From ANME-2 cluster archaeon (GTDB lineage: Archaea > Halobacteriota > Methanosarcinia > Methanosarcinales > Methanocomedenaceae), in contig JAMJFQ010000003.1 of the NCBI GenBank assembly GCA_023544605.1, positions 1 through 34,075 of the forward strand: a DNA stretch of 34,075 bases, written 5' to 3'. A program made the position numbers and the translations under genes. This document shows, piece after piece, positions 8,661-19,793 of the stretch (positions within the stretch are counted from its first letter, which is position 1; the number at the start of each line of letters is the position of its first letter). The notes below the pieces were generated by a model. The model was not told the DNA's origin. It saw nothing but the letters and a program-made list of their open reading frames with translations, and did not search any database.

Positions 8661-9782
8661 TTATTTTACTTCCGGGAAACCCAGATTGTGTGCACTCTGG
8701 TGGCAAGTAGTACATCCACTTGACATCCCGTGCTTTGAACCATGACATGTGGTACATGAAGGGATATGTCCATGTTGTGGATGACAGTATGCACAATTCT
8801 TGTTGGTATGGCCTGTGACCTTTTCTATAAGATGTCTTGCATTCTCTTCATGACATCCTGCACATAGGGTCGAAGGCGTATCTGCCGGATAGTCCACCTG
8901 GGTTGGGATGTGGCCTTGCAAATGACACTGCTTACAGTCTTGTTGAGTCATTGTCTCATCATGGCCTTTATGACAGCTGGTACAATCCAGCCAGTCCCCA
9001 TGAACCGGGTGACATAGTGTGCAATCAAGCTCTGCATGCCTGGTTGGTTTGGTTTCAAATGTTGTCTCTATCACTGGAGAATGGCATTTAGCGCATTCAT
9101 TCTCGCTGACCAAAGAAGAGAACTCAATATCCCTTGGAGCATGGGCATTTATGTGACATTGTGAACAATCCTCAAATCCTGACGGATGATACACACCATG
9201 ACAGTCAGTACATTTTGGTTTATAACCATGCTGTGGATGACAGAAAGCACAACCTTTCTTGGAATGTTTACCTCCTTCCAGGTTTAATGATGCCACAGGT
9301 TTTACATGACATTCACCGCATGTCTGTTCAGACATGCCCCGTTCGTGTCCCTTATGACACGAATTACAATCTGTCACATCTTCATGAGGATTAATTAACC
9401 GCCGGCTGGTCCGTGAAATATAGTCTTCATGACATTTCAGGCAGCGCAACTTATTCTCAAGCGTCACTACCTCTTCCGGAGCCGGAGGTGCATCCAGGCC
9501 GGTCACATCATAAATGAGCATTTTTCCGATTTCTTTCTTGAATAACACTGTACCTAAACTTCCGGTTTCTTCATGGCACTGGGTGCATGTGATACCATGT
9601 TCATTGTGGAGAAAATCAAGGGAATCACCAGGAGTTATATATTTTTCATATTCAATTCCATGGCACATCTCACAGAATTCGGTTTTTGTTACGAAGTTCC
9701 AGCCTTCGGTTGCACTGAACACTACGATCAATGCCATTATTGCAATCAGTATTACTATCGTAATTCTTGTAGATAGTGCCAT
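8661..9782 (-). CDS. Membrane-anchored multiheme cytochrome c, 16 CxxCH motifs
   Basis: N-terminal TM helix, NapC/NirT-like opening (FCEMCH...HxxHGITCTQCH), 16 CxxCH counted; start set at MALS after GGAG. Confidence 0.93.
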   Translation of the reverse strand: MALSTRITIVILIAIMALIVVFSATEGWNFVTKTEFCEMCHGIEYEKYITPGDSLDFLHNEHGITCTQCHEETGSLGTVLFKKEIGKMLIYDVTGLDAPPAPEEVVTLENKLRCLKCHEDYISRTSRRLINPHEDVTDCNSCHKGHERGMSEQTCGECHVKPVASLNLEGGKHSKKGCAFCHPQHGYKPKCTDCHGVYHPSGFEDCSQCHINAHAPRDIEFSSLVSENECAKCHSPVIETTFETKPTRHAELDCTLCHPVHGDWLDCTSCHKGHDETMTQQDCKQCHLQGHIPTQVDYPADTPSTLCAGCHEENARHLIEKVTGHTNKNCAYCHPQHGHIPSCTTCHGSKHGMSSGCTTCHQSAHNLGFPEVK

Positions 9783-10005
9783 ATCAATATCTCCATCCAT
9801 TATTCAAAATTATACAACGCTTAGTTAATGATTGACTTTTTTGTGGTGTTAAACCTTCTTAACCTTTACGATAATGGTTGAATTGTTATTGCATTATTTC
9901 TGAATGGTAATATTTTTTTGCATAGATAACTGGCATCATACATTTACAATCAGAAAGTATCCAATGATTTATATTGTTCAAATCTATAGTAAGATATGAA
10001 TTTGT

Positions 10006-11214
10006 ATGAAAGCAGTCATTCTTGCAGCAGGAGAAGGTCTCAGATGTAAGCCTCTAACGCTTACTCGTTCAAAGGTAATGCTTTTCGCTGCAAACAAACC
10101 AATTCTGGAACATGTGATCAATGCCCTTGTACAGTGTGGTATTACTGATATCATAATGGTTGTGGGATATAAGAAAGAGCGCATCATGGATTATTTCCAG
10201 GATGGGGTGGAATGGGGAGTGAACATCATATATGTTGAACAAAAAGGTCAGCTTGGGACCGCTCATGCCATTAAACAGACCTCAACGTATCTGGATGATG
10301 AGTTTATTGTGTTAAATGGCGATAATATCGTAGAATCAGGTACAATCTCCGATATTTTGGAAAATCGTTCAGGTGATGCAACGATCTTGACAGTCACACG
10401 CGAGCAAACCAGAGGCTATGGCGTGGTTGTACATGATGACCATCACGTGCTGAGGATAGTGGAAAAACCTGTGGAAGACCTTAGTCATAATGTGAATACA
10501 GGTATATACATCTTCAAACCTGATATCTTCGAATTTATTAAAGCAACTTCCGTATCTGATACCGGGGAATATGCAATAACCGATACTCTGCAGGATATGA
10601 TAGATGCAGGAAAGAACATTAGTTTTGTGCATTCAGAATCTACGTGGATTGACGCTGTACATTCATGGGACCTGCTGCGTTCCAATGCCTACTTGCTGGA
10701 GCGTTGTGAAAAGTCGGTAATGGATGGCACCATTGAAGAAGGGGCTGTGGTCAAAGGCAATGTCATTATCGGAACCAATACCATTATTCGTTCAGGATCA
10801 TATGTAATAGGGCCGGTAGTAATTGGAAAGAATTGTGAGATCGGGCCCAATGCCGTAATACTCCCTTCAACAACCATAGGTAATAATTCAACTGTGGAAT
10901 CATCGGTGCAGATCAAGAATAGTATTATTATGAACGATGTAAGGATAGGTCCGTTCTCATATATATCCAACTCCATTATTGGTGCAAATAACACTATTGG
11001 GTCACATTTTATTACGCAAACAGGCGAGAATATTTTAATCGAATTAATAGGTATACTTCACTGGGCTGAAAAACTAGGGACCGTGATCGGCGACGGGAAT
11101 GATATCCAGCATAGGGTACTTACCGAACCTGGAAAGATGATATCCACCGGGTGCAGTATCTCATCTGGGGTCATTATCTCAAAGGACCTGCCAAGAGATT
11201 CCATAGTAATTTGA
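10006..11214 (+). CDS. Sugar-1-phosphate nucleotidyltransferase with hexapeptide-repeat domain (GlmU paralog)
   Basis: MKAVILAAGEG, QLGTAHA, LNGD, EKP, left-handed beta-helix repeats. Confidence 0.9.
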   Translation: MKAVILAAGEGLRCKPLTLTRSKVMLFAANKPILEHVINALVQCGITDIIMVVGYKKERIMDYFQDGVEWGVNIIYVEQKGQLGTAHAIKQTSTYLDDEFIVLNGDNIVESGTISDILENRSGDATILTVTREQTRGYGVVVHDDHHVLRIVEKPVEDLSHNVNTGIYIFKPDIFEFIKATSVSDTGEYAITDTLQDMIDAGKNISFVHSESTWIDAVHSWDLLRSNAYLLERCEKSVMDGTIEEGAVVKGNVIIGTNTIIRSGSYVIGPVVIGKNCEIGPNAVILPSTTIGNNSTVESSVQIKNSIIMNDVRIGPFSYISNSIIGANNTIGSHFITQTGENILIELIGILHWAEKLGTVIGDGNDIQHRVLTEPGKMISTGCSISSGVIISKDLPRDSIVI

Positions 11215-11243
11215 AAGAATATATTTGGGATGAACTAAAAACA

Positions 11244-13073
11244 ATGTGCGGCATAGTCGGTTATATAGGGGAGGGGGATGCGGTCAGTATCCTCATCGAA
11301 TCCTTAAAGAAACTGGAGTACAGGGGATATGATTCAGCGGGCTTGGCCCTTCTGGACGATGAAGGCAAACCACAGGTGTTCAAGAGTGAAGGGGAGATAT
11401 CCCAGCTTGAATCGATCCTGCCAAAACTATCGTCATGCGTGGGTATAGGTCATACCAGGTGGGCAACCCATGGCAAACCCAGTACCGTAAATGCACATCC
11501 TCATGTTTCAGGGAGTATTTGCGTAGTACATAACGGAATCATTGAAAATTACCAGGAGTTAAAGGAAGCACTTGAATCAGAAGGTTTTATTTTTGTTTCA
11601 GATACTGACACGGAAGTACTGGCCCACCTGATAAACAAGTATCACACAGAACATCCGGGTGACCTCGCTGGTGCCCTGAAAAGCGCCTTGGAAGTAGTAC
11701 GTGGTTCTTATGCACTGGCTGTGCTTAGCGAAGAGCATCCCCATGAACTTGTGGCTGCCAGGAAGGACAGCCCCCTTATCATCGGGTTGGGTGAGAATGA
11801 GAATTTTATTGCATCTGATATACCTGCCATTCTGAAATATACTAACAGGGTCATATACGTGGACAATCTTGAGATGGTCACGGTCAAAAAGACTTCGGTC
11901 CAGGTGTTCGACCTTGAAGGTAATCCTAAAACCAAGGAAGAACATATCATCCAATGGGATCTGGAGGCGGCTGAGAAGGCCGGATATCCCCATTTCATGC
12001 TCAAAGAGATCCATGAACAGACCAGTTCAATTCATGAGACACTGGCGGGGAGGCTGCAAGAACTCGAAGGTGATGTTACCTTCGAAGAACTTGGCCTGGA
12101 TAAGGAGCAGATACGCAAACTTCAGAGAATCGAGATAATTGCCTGCGGGACCTCATATAATGCGGGTCTGGTGGGCAAGTACCTTTTTGAAGGGCAGACT
12201 GGCATTCATACAGATGTGGATAATGGTTCCGAGTTCAGGTATTCAAATCCCGTATTAGCACCTTCTACTTTGGTAATAGCCATCACCCAGTCAGGTGAGA
12301 CCGCAGATACACTGGCAGCAGTACGTGAGGCTGCATCCTATGGTTGTAAGACCCTGGCTATTACTAATGTAGTGGGCAGTACCATGTCCAGAGAGGCATC
12401 TAACACTATCTATACCAGGGCCGGGCCCGAAATTGGGGTAGCTGCTACTAAATCATTCATTTCACAGCTTGTGGTACTTTATCTTTTAGCTATTCACTTT
12501 GCACGGGTATGCTCGATGATGGATGCTGACAGGGTGCGAAAGCTCTTATCCGAACTTCGCAAAATACCTGGGCATGTGGACCGCATCCTGATGGATAAGG
12601 AGAGGATACAGAAATGTGCTGCCAGATTCTCAGCATCAAAAGATTATTTCTTTATCGGGCGTAATATCAATTACCCTATAGCTCTTGAAGGAGCACTGAA
12701 ATTAAAGGAGATATCATATATACATGCCGAAGGATATGCCGCCGGAGAATTAAAACACGGACCGCTTGCCTTATTATCAAAAGATGTACCAGTGGTGGCT
12801 ATTGCCCCCCAGGGTCATACGTATGATAAGATACTCAGCAACATCAGGGAAGTAAAATCACGGGAGGCCTCTGTCATTGCCATTGCCGATTCAGATGACA
12901 ATGAAATATCCAAGTACGTGGATGTGGTCATACCCATTCCGAAGACTGATGTAATATTATCACCCTTGCTCACTACCGTGGTTGTCCAGTTACTGGCTTA
13001 TTATACTGCACTGGAGAGGGACTGTTCCATTGACAAACCCAGGAATCTTGCCAAGAGCGTGACTGTGGAATAA
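11244..13073 (+). CDS. glmS: Glutamine--fructose-6-phosphate transaminase (isomerizing)
   Basis: MCGIVG N-terminal nucleophile start, LEYRGYDSAG, GHTRWATHG, QSGETADT, PRNLAKSVTVE. Confidence 0.98.
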   Translation: MCGIVGYIGEGDAVSILIESLKKLEYRGYDSAGLALLDDEGKPQVFKSEGEISQLESILPKLSSCVGIGHTRWATHGKPSTVNAHPHVSGSICVVHNGIIENYQELKEALESEGFIFVSDTDTEVLAHLINKYHTEHPGDLAGALKSALEVVRGSYALAVLSEEHPHELVAARKDSPLIIGLGENENFIASDIPAILKYTNRVIYVDNLEMVTVKKTSVQVFDLEGNPKTKEEHIIQWDLEAAEKAGYPHFMLKEIHEQTSSIHETLAGRLQELEGDVTFEELGLDKEQIRKLQRIEIIACGTSYNAGLVGKYLFEGQTGIHTDVDNGSEFRYSNPVLAPSTLVIAITQSGETADTLAAVREAASYGCKTLAITNVVGSTMSREASNTIYTRAGPEIGVAATKSFISQLVVLYLLAIHFARVCSMMDADRVRKLLSELRKIPGHVDRILMDKERIQKCAARFSASKDYFFIGRNINYPIALEGALKLKEISYIHAEGYAAGELKHGPLALLSKDVPVVAIAPQGHTYDKILSNIREVKSREASVIAIADSDDNEISKYVDVVIPIPKTDVILSPLLTTVVVQLLAYYTALERDCSIDKPRNLAKSVTVE

Positions 13074-13082
13074 GGTGATGCA

Positions 13083-14396
13083 ATGAAACTGTTCGGCTCA
13101 TCAGGAATTAGGGGACTGACCAATGTTGATGTTACACCCCAACTGGCATTGAATGTGGGGAAGGCTGTCGGGAAGGGGCGCTCCTCGGCAGTGATCGCCC
13201 AAGACCCGAGGGTGGCGGGGAAGATGATAGAGGAAGGAGTATCGGCAGGGCTCATGTCAGCCGGGGTTTGTGTGACCCGGCTTGGTGTGGTACCGACTCC
13301 TACCCTTGCCTATGCTGCAAGGAACTTTGATGTGGGAGTAATGGTTACGGCTTCCCACAATCCAGCCAGGGATATCGGTATCAAGTTATGGAACCCTGAT
13401 GGAATGGCCTTTGACAGTCGTCAGCAACAGAAGATAGAACAGGCAGTTGAGACGGCTGGATACATAACGGCAGATTGGGACTGTATCGGCACCACCAGCA
13501 TGTATGAAAGGGGTGTTAAAGACCATATTAGTGCTATCATCGATAGGGTCGTACCACCTGATAACTCACCTAAGGTGGTGGTGGACTGCGGCAGCGGTGC
13601 CGGTTCAGTTATCACACCCCTACTACTGAGGAAGATAGGATGCAAGGTACTTGCATTGAATTCGCAGTTAGATGGCCATTTTCCGGCCAGGGACCCCGAA
13701 CCCAAGGAAGTGAACCTGGGACTTCTTATGAGGACGGTGAAGGACTGGGGTGCTGATATGGGCATAGCTCACGATGGTGATGCGGATAGGATGATGGCAG
13801 TGGATGATAAGGGCAGGTTCGTAGGCGGGGACCAGTTGCTGGCCATATTTGCGGCCCATGAGGACGCAAAGAGCATTGTTGTACCTGTGGATACTTCCCT
13901 GGTAGTGGATGACGCCCTGCCTGATGCAAAGGTCATACGGAGCAGGGTGGGTGACGTCTATGTTGCAGAGGCAATGAAAAAGGACGGGGCCAAATTTGGC
14001 GGAGAACCATCAGGAAGCTGGATATTCCCGAGGCTGTCATTCTGTCCTGATGGTATTTATGCCGCAGCCAGGCTGATCGAGATAGTAGGCAGCGGGAAAC
14101 TGTCGGAAATGGTGGACGTACTGCCCACTTACCAGACCAGGAGGACCGGAACTGCCTGTTCCAATGAACAAAAGGCAGAGGTAATGGCAGCAGTTTACGC
14201 CGAATTATCCTCATTGGGTAAGGTCAGTGACATTGACGGCATAAGGGTAGAACTGGATGAGGGCTGGGTTCTGGTGAGACCGTCCGGCACCGAGCCTAAG
14301 ATAAGGATAACTGCCGAAAGCAGGTCGGGTGTGGATGATATATTTCATACAGTCTGCCGTATCGTAAAGTCGGCAACTGGCTCGACATGTGAGTAA
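13083..14396 (+). CDS. glmM: Phosphoglucosamine mutase
   Basis: [34 protein letters not shown]; position between glmS and glmU. Confidence 0.93.
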   Translation: MKLFGSSGIRGLTNVDVTPQLALNVGKAVGKGRSSAVIAQDPRVAGKMIEEGVSAGLMSAGVCVTRLGVVPTPTLAYAARNFDVGVMVTASHNPARDIGIKLWNPDGMAFDSRQQQKIEQAVETAGYITADWDCIGTTSMYERGVKDHISAIIDRVVPPDNSPKVVVDCGSGAGSVITPLLLRKIGCKVLALNSQLDGHFPARDPEPKEVNLGLLMRTVKDWGADMGIAHDGDADRMMAVDDKGRFVGGDQLLAIFAAHEDAKSIVVPVDTSLVVDDALPDAKVIRSRVGDVYVAEAMKKDGAKFGGEPSGSWIFPRLSFCPDGIYAAARLIEIVGSGKLSEMVDVLPTYQTRRTGTACSNEQKAEVMAAVYAELSSLGKVSDIDGIRVELDEGWVLVRPSGTEPKIRITAESRSGVDDIFHTVCRIVKSATGSTCE

Positions 14397-14439
14397 AGTA
14401 AACATCTTTTTATTGTAACAGATATAAAACAGGAACAGT

Positions 14440-15648
14440 ATGAAAGCCGTTATCCTCGCTGCCGGAGAAGGGACACGCATGCGCCCCCTTACCAGGCATT
14501 GTCCCAAAGTGATGCTTCCTATCGGGAACAAGCCCTTGCTGCAGCATGTCATAGAACAGGTAAAAGACGCTGGTGTAGACCACTTTGTCCTGGTAATAGG
14601 ATACCAGGGTGATACTATTATCGAACATTTCGGGGAAGGGGACCGGTTCGGTATCAAAATTGATTATGTGATACAGGAGGAACGCTTGGGTACTGCTCAC
14701 GCTATCGGCACTGCCCGTTCTTTGATCGATGAGCGGTTCCTTGTGTTGAACGGTGATGTGATGGTCACCACAGCACAGGTCAGGACCCTGCTTGAGCGGG
14801 ATGAAGTGGCGGTAATGGCTGCTCTGGAAGTGGATGACCCTTCACAGTTCGGCGTGCTTGAAGTGCATGGAGGGCTGGTTGTCAAACTCCATGAAAAACC
14901 TGACAACCCCCCCACCAATCTTGCCAATGCAGGTATCTATGTATTCGAACCCGAGGTATTCGGAGGTATTGACAACACGTCCCTGTCATCCCGGGAAGAA
15001 TATGAGATAACCAGGACCATCCAGGATATGATAGATAGCGGCATCCATGTAGGATACCAGGTACTGTCCGGCACATGGCAGGACGTAGGCAGGCCGTGGG
15101 ACCTGCTGGATGCGAACAGGGAATGTCTTAAGACCATCAGCAATGATATCAAGGGCGAGATCGAGGATGATGTACACATCCACGGCCCGGTAATGATAGA
15201 AGCGGGTGCCAGGGTCCGAAGCGGTGCATATATTGAAGGGCCGGTCATTATCGGGCCTGACTGCGATATCGGGCCCAACTGTTATATCAGGCCATATACC
15301 AGCCTGGGCAGAGGTGTGCGTATTGGCAATGCCGTTGAGGTCAAGAACTCGATAATCATGGACCGCACACATGTTGGCCATCTATCTTATGTGGGTGACA
15401 GTGTTATTGGCAGCGGCTGCAATTTCGGTGCAGGGACAAAGGTAGCGAACCTGAGGCATGATGGCGGCAATATCAAGATCATGATAAACGGCAGTAGGAT
15501 TGATTCCGGGCGCAGGAAACTGGGCACTATTATGGGTGATAACGTGCATACTGGCATCAACAGTATGTTGAACGTTGGTTCGGTCATTGAGCCAGGCAGT
15601 ACTATCAAGCCAGGTGAATTTGTAAGGGATCATTATCCTCATGAATAG
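14440..15648 (+). CDS. glmU: Bifunctional GlmU (GlcNAc-1-P uridyltransferase / GlcN-1-P acetyltransferase), archaeal type
   Basis: GEGTRMRPLT, NGD, EKP, EVKNS, GHLSYVGDS, NFGAGT..ANLRHD, GRRKLG. Confidence 0.92.
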   Translation: MKAVILAAGEGTRMRPLTRHCPKVMLPIGNKPLLQHVIEQVKDAGVDHFVLVIGYQGDTIIEHFGEGDRFGIKIDYVIQEERLGTAHAIGTARSLIDERFLVLNGDVMVTTAQVRTLLERDEVAVMAALEVDDPSQFGVLEVHGGLVVKLHEKPDNPPTNLANAGIYVFEPEVFGGIDNTSLSSREEYEITRTIQDMIDSGIHVGYQVLSGTWQDVGRPWDLLDANRECLKTISNDIKGEIEDDVHIHGPVMIEAGARVRSGAYIEGPVIIGPDCDIGPNCYIRPYTSLGRGVRIGNAVEVKNSIIMDRTHVGHLSYVGDSVIGSGCNFGAGTKVANLRHDGGNIKIMINGSRIDSGRRKLGTIMGDNVHTGINSMLNVGSVIEPGSTIKPGEFVRDHYPHE

Positions 15649-15673
15649 AACTTGAAAAATGGGTGAATGAAAG

Positions 15674-16963
15674 TTGAAAGTATCTGTTATAGGTTCCGGT
15701 TATGTGGGTACGGTTACAGCAGCGTGTTTTGCTGAACTGGGTCATAGTGTGGTATGCATAGATATCGACCCTGAAAAGGTGGATATGATAAACAGGGGCG
15801 AGCCCCCGATCTATGAAGAGGGGCTAAAAGAGTTACTGAAAAAACATGCTGCTAAGACGCTCAGGGCCACTGCAGATTATGATGATGCCATATCCAACAC
15901 TGATATATCGTTCATCTGCGTGGGCACGCCGTCTGATGATGAAGGCAATATAGAGCTGTCCATTGTACGCGCAGCCAGTGAGAGCCTTGGTACCGCACTG
16001 GCAAAAAAAGAAGGATATCACGTAGTTGTGGTCAAAAGCACGGTGGTTCCCCAGACCACGGTAAAAGTAATAGTACCTATAATTGAGAACGTATCAGGTA
16101 AAAAAGCTGGTGTGGATTTCGGTGCTGCCATGAATCCCGAGTTCCTGCGTGAAGGAAAAGCAGTCTATGACTTCATGCATCCTGATAAGATAGTTGTGGG
16201 TGCTGTAGACCAGAGGTCAGATGATGCCGTATCCGCACTCTATGCAGGTCTTGATCGTGAGATAACCCATACTGATCCAAGCACTGCAGAGATGATAAAA
16301 TATGTCAATAATTCGTTCCTTGCCACAAAGATATCCTTCTCCAACGAGATAGGCAATATCTGCAAGCAACTGGGTATCGATACATATCAGGTTATGGAAG
16401 CCGTTGGCAAGGATTTCAGGATTTCACCGTATTTCCTGAACTCCGGTGCTGGTTTCGGGGGTTCATGCTTTCCTAAAGATGTAAAAGCGCTGATAGGAAA
16501 AGCCAGGGAGCAGGGATATGAGCCTATATTGCTTGAATCCGTGGTCAAGATCAATGAGGCTCAACCCCTGTTGATGATCGACCTGCTGGAGTCAAGGCTG
16601 GGAGAGCTGAGCGGCCTGACAATATCTGTGCTGGGTCTTGCTTTCAAGAACGATACTGATGATATCAGGGAGTCCAGGTCTATACCGGTTATCAGGACAC
16701 TACTTGATAAAGGCGCAATTGTAGCTGCTTATGACCCCATGGCTGCTGATAATATGCGCCGGTTGTTCGATGGTGATAGTATCCGGTACTGTGATAGTGC
16801 GGCACAGGCCCTGGAAGGCGCCAATGGCTGCCTGGTGATGACCGAGTGGGATGAGTTCAGGTCACTATGCAGCGAGTTTACTAAAATGGAGAGGCCGCTT
16901 GTGATCGATGGTCGTAATGTCGTGCATTGTGATGATATAGAATATGTGGGCCTCTGCTGGTGA
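15674..16963 (+). CDS. ugd: UDP-glucose/GDP-mannose 6-dehydrogenase
   Basis: GSGYVG Rossmann motif, ICVGTP, KSTV, NPEFLREG, GFGGSCFPKD, GLAFK..TDDIRES. Confidence 0.93.
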   Translation: MKVSVIGSGYVGTVTAACFAELGHSVVCIDIDPEKVDMINRGEPPIYEEGLKELLKKHAAKTLRATADYDDAISNTDISFICVGTPSDDEGNIELSIVRAASESLGTALAKKEGYHVVVVKSTVVPQTTVKVIVPIIENVSGKKAGVDFGAAMNPEFLREGKAVYDFMHPDKIVVGAVDQRSDDAVSALYAGLDREITHTDPSTAEMIKYVNNSFLATKISFSNEIGNICKQLGIDTYQVMEAVGKDFRISPYFLNSGAGFGGSCFPKDVKALIGKAREQGYEPILLESVVKINEAQPLLMIDLLESRLGELSGLTISVLGLAFKNDTDDIRESRSIPVIRTLLDKGAIVAAYDPMAADNMRRLFDGDSIRYCDSAAQALEGANGCLVMTEWDEFRSLCSEFTKMERPLVIDGRNVVHCDDIEYVGLCW

Positions 16964-18120
16964 GTGAGTTTCGCATGACCTCAAAACGTTGTGAATATTT
17001 TGGTGAATCAGTGATAAGGGATATGACCAGATTGGCCTTGCGTCATGATGCCGTGAACCTTGCCCAGGGATTTCCCGATTTCCCTGCACCCGAAGAACTT
17101 AAAAAAGCTGCCTGTGAAGCGATAATAGCCGACCATAACCAGTACGCTATTACCTGGGGCGCCAGGGAACTGAGAGAAGCGATAGCGAACAAGTCCGCCC
17201 AGTTCAATGGTATCCAGGTAGACCCTGAGAAGGAAGTGACTGTGACCTGCGGCACCACTGAGGCTATGATGGCATCAATGCTGGCGGTTATCGATTCGGG
17301 AGATGAGGTCATCATCTTTGAACCGTTCTATGAGAATTACGGGCCTGATGCCGCAGTTTCCGGTGCAGTGCCCAAGTTCGTGCCCCTGGAAGGAGATGAT
17401 TTTACTTTTGATCATGATGATCTGGCGGCGGCGTTCAATCACCGGACCAAGGCACTGGTACTGAACACACCGAACAACCCCACCGGGAAGGTATTTGGTA
17501 AAGAGGAACTTTCGATCATAGCCGACCTTGCATTTGATCATGATATAACGGTGATCACAGATGAGATATACGAGCATATCATCTATGATGGGGCACAGCA
17601 TACCAGCATTGCCTCTATGGGTGATATGGATCAGCGCACCATTACCATAGGTGGTTTCAGTAAAACATACAGCGTTACCGGTTGGCGGGTGGGGTATGCG
17701 CTTGCACCGTCCCACCTTACAGGTGCCCTGCGCAAAGTGCATGATTTTCTCACAGTAGGTGCACCTGCTCCATTGCAGCATGCTTGTGTTGCAGCCCTCA
17801 ACCTGCCTCCAATGTACTATGAAGAATTGGTCAGCATGTATGATAAAAAGCGACATATGCTCTACAATGCACTTCAAAACAACGGCTTTAAGTGCACACT
17901 TCCCCAGGGGGCGTATTATATACTGGCTGACATTTCAGGTTTTGATCTGGGAGATGATGTCTCCTTTGCTCATTACCTGGCTTCTGAGATCGGTGTGGCG
18001 GCAGTGCCTGGTAGCAGTTTTTATAAAGTAGCTGAGATGGGAAGCAGTACGGTCAGGTTCACATTCTCAAAGAGTGATTCAACTCTCCAGGAAGCTGTCA
18101 TCAGGCTGGAAAACCTGTAA
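16960..18120 (+). CDS. PLP-dependent aminotransferase class I/II (YbdL/MtnE-like)
   Basis: AVNLAQGFPDF, NTPNNPTG, DEIYE, SKTYSVTGWRVG. Confidence 0.9.
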   Translation: MSEFRMTSKRCEYFGESVIRDMTRLALRHDAVNLAQGFPDFPAPEELKKAACEAIIADHNQYAITWGARELREAIANKSAQFNGIQVDPEKEVTVTCGTTEAMMASMLAVIDSGDEVIIFEPFYENYGPDAAVSGAVPKFVPLEGDDFTFDHDDLAAAFNHRTKALVLNTPNNPTGKVFGKEELSIIADLAFDHDITVITDEIYEHIIYDGAQHTSIASMGDMDQRTITIGGFSKTYSVTGWRVGYALAPSHLTGALRKVHDFLTVGAPAPLQHACVAALNLPPMYYEELVSMYDKKRHMLYNALQNNGFKCTLPQGAYYILADISGFDLGDDVSFAHYLASEIGVAAVPGSSFYKVAEMGSSTVRFTFSKSDSTLQEAVIRLENL

Positions 18121-18183
18121 CATTCGCTCCAATATCGATGTACTTATTTACAAGGAGTTACTAATTGAAATTTTGGTGAGACT

Positions 18184-18936
18184 ATGCCAGGTGATGAAAG
18201 ATCTCAATATGGAGAAAACGTTACAATCATTACTAAGCCGATATCACTTGAAAATCCGATTATTGTAGAAGGTTTTCCTGGAATTGGGCTAGTGGGGAAT
18301 ATTGCCAGCCAGCATCTGATAGATGAACTTGAGATGGAATATATGGGAAGTATTGAATCGAGATATTTCCCGCCAATTGCAGTGCTGTTCAATGGTATTA
18401 TCAATATGCCTGTGCGCATATATGAGAGTGTTGAACATAACATTTTGGCCGTCATTTCAGATATTCCTATTCATCCAACTATTTCATACGAGGTCAGCAA
18501 GGTCCTGATAGACTGGGCCCAGTCGGTCAATGTGAAGGAGATCATCTCAATTGCCGGGATAGCTACCATGTCTGCTGAAAATAAGGTCTTCGGGGCAGCT
18601 ACCAACGATACGATGCTTGAGAAGATAAAGGAACATGTTGAGGTGTTCCAGGTGGGTACTATTAGCGGCATTTCCGGTAGTGTGATGACCGAATGTTATA
18701 TGCGCAACATTCCTGCCATAAGCCTCTTAGGTGAGACAAACAGCCCGAATCCTGATCCCAGGGCATCGGCTATGGTTATCAAGATACTTAACAAGATCTA
18801 TGACCTTTCCATTAACACTGAGAATCTAATAGACCAGGCCGAACAGATAGAAATTGAACTGCATAAACTGGCTGAACAGGTCAAGTCTTCAGAGGAGGGT
18901 GACCAGCCCAGACGTGAGTTCCCTATGTACGGGTAA
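18184..18936 (+). CDS. Proteasome assembly chaperone PAC2 family protein
   Basis: EGFPGIGLVGNIA, PVRIY, PDPRAS, C-terminal MYG (HbYX-like). Confidence 0.9.
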   Translation: MPGDERSQYGENVTIITKPISLENPIIVEGFPGIGLVGNIASQHLIDELEMEYMGSIESRYFPPIAVLFNGIINMPVRIYESVEHNILAVISDIPIHPTISYEVSKVLIDWAQSVNVKEIISIAGIATMSAENKVFGAATNDTMLEKIKEHVEVFQVGTISGISGSVMTECYMRNIPAISLLGETNSPNPDPRASAMVIKILNKIYDLSINTENLIDQAEQIEIELHKLAEQVKSSEEGDQPRREFPMYG

Positions 18937-18959
18937 TATGAAATATGGGAGTGTAGTGA

Positions 18960-19349
18960 ATGCAATATGTAGCGATTACAGGTATATCATCCCAGGTACT
19001 CAAGGACCTTCAGGAGAACCGTATACGTACTATTGAGATACACAGTCCCCACAATTTTTTCTCGGTATATTCTACTGATGTTGGAGACCTTATTTTCCTG
19101 ACAAAATCCAGTTACGATGACATTAAGGCAGGTACAATAGGCATGTTGGCCAGGATAAAGGAACGGCAAGTAGCTATGCATCGTCTTGTTCACAGATCGG
19201 GTGAGATGTTTGAAGAGGGTGAAACTTTTGCTGCAAGGCTTCAACTGGAATTGCAGGGGATTGGCAGGGTGCGCACGGTCAATAAGGCTGTGATGGGACA
19301 GCCTTTCCTGGTAGATGCTGATAGTGTTACTTACCTGGAAGCAAGATGA
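18960..19349 (+). CDS. DUF473 family protein
   Basis: AITGIS...RTIEIHSPHNF...GDLIFLT...GTIG pattern of the archaeal DUF473 family; follows PAC2. Confidence 0.8.
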   Translation: MQYVAITGISSQVLKDLQENRIRTIEIHSPHNFFSVYSTDVGDLIFLTKSSYDDIKAGTIGMLARIKERQVAMHRLVHRSGEMFEEGETFAARLQLELQGIGRVRTVNKAVMGQPFLVDADSVTYLEAR

Positions 19350-19446
19350 TGTCGGGATGACCCTGTTGTATCTGCAGTAGTACCAAAGAGTTTTTATGGT
19401 TAGAATACTATTTTGAAGTCCACTGGTCAAATCGGTAAACGCCTGT

Positions 19447-19524
19447 GGGCTCGTGGCTTAGCCAGGATATAGCGCCGGGCTTCTAACCCGGATGTCGAGG
19501 GTTCGAATCCCTCCGGGCCCGCCA
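19447..19524 (+). tRNA. tRNA-Arg(UCU) with encoded CCA
   Basis: Acceptor GGGCTCG/CGGGCCC, anticodon arm CCGGG-CTTCTAA-CCCGG, T arm GAGGG-TTCGAAT-CCCTC. Confidence 0.97.
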
Positions 19525-19548
19525 GTTGATAATTGATCAAAAAAGAGT

Positions 19549-19654
<106 letters not shown>

Positions 19655-19793
19655 TAATTTTTTGTGTATAGTACACAACACTGTGGTCCTGATGGGTAAA
19701 AACCCGGTTTAATAATTTAAATTCGCATTAAAATAAAAATAGATATATAAGTTATTTATATGTTAATGTATTAAACCTAAATTAGGTGAATAA

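Noticed and set aside
11151-11243. N-terminal extension of GlmS in the ORF track
   Set aside because: GlmS needs Cys at its N-terminus, so the true start is ATG 11244.
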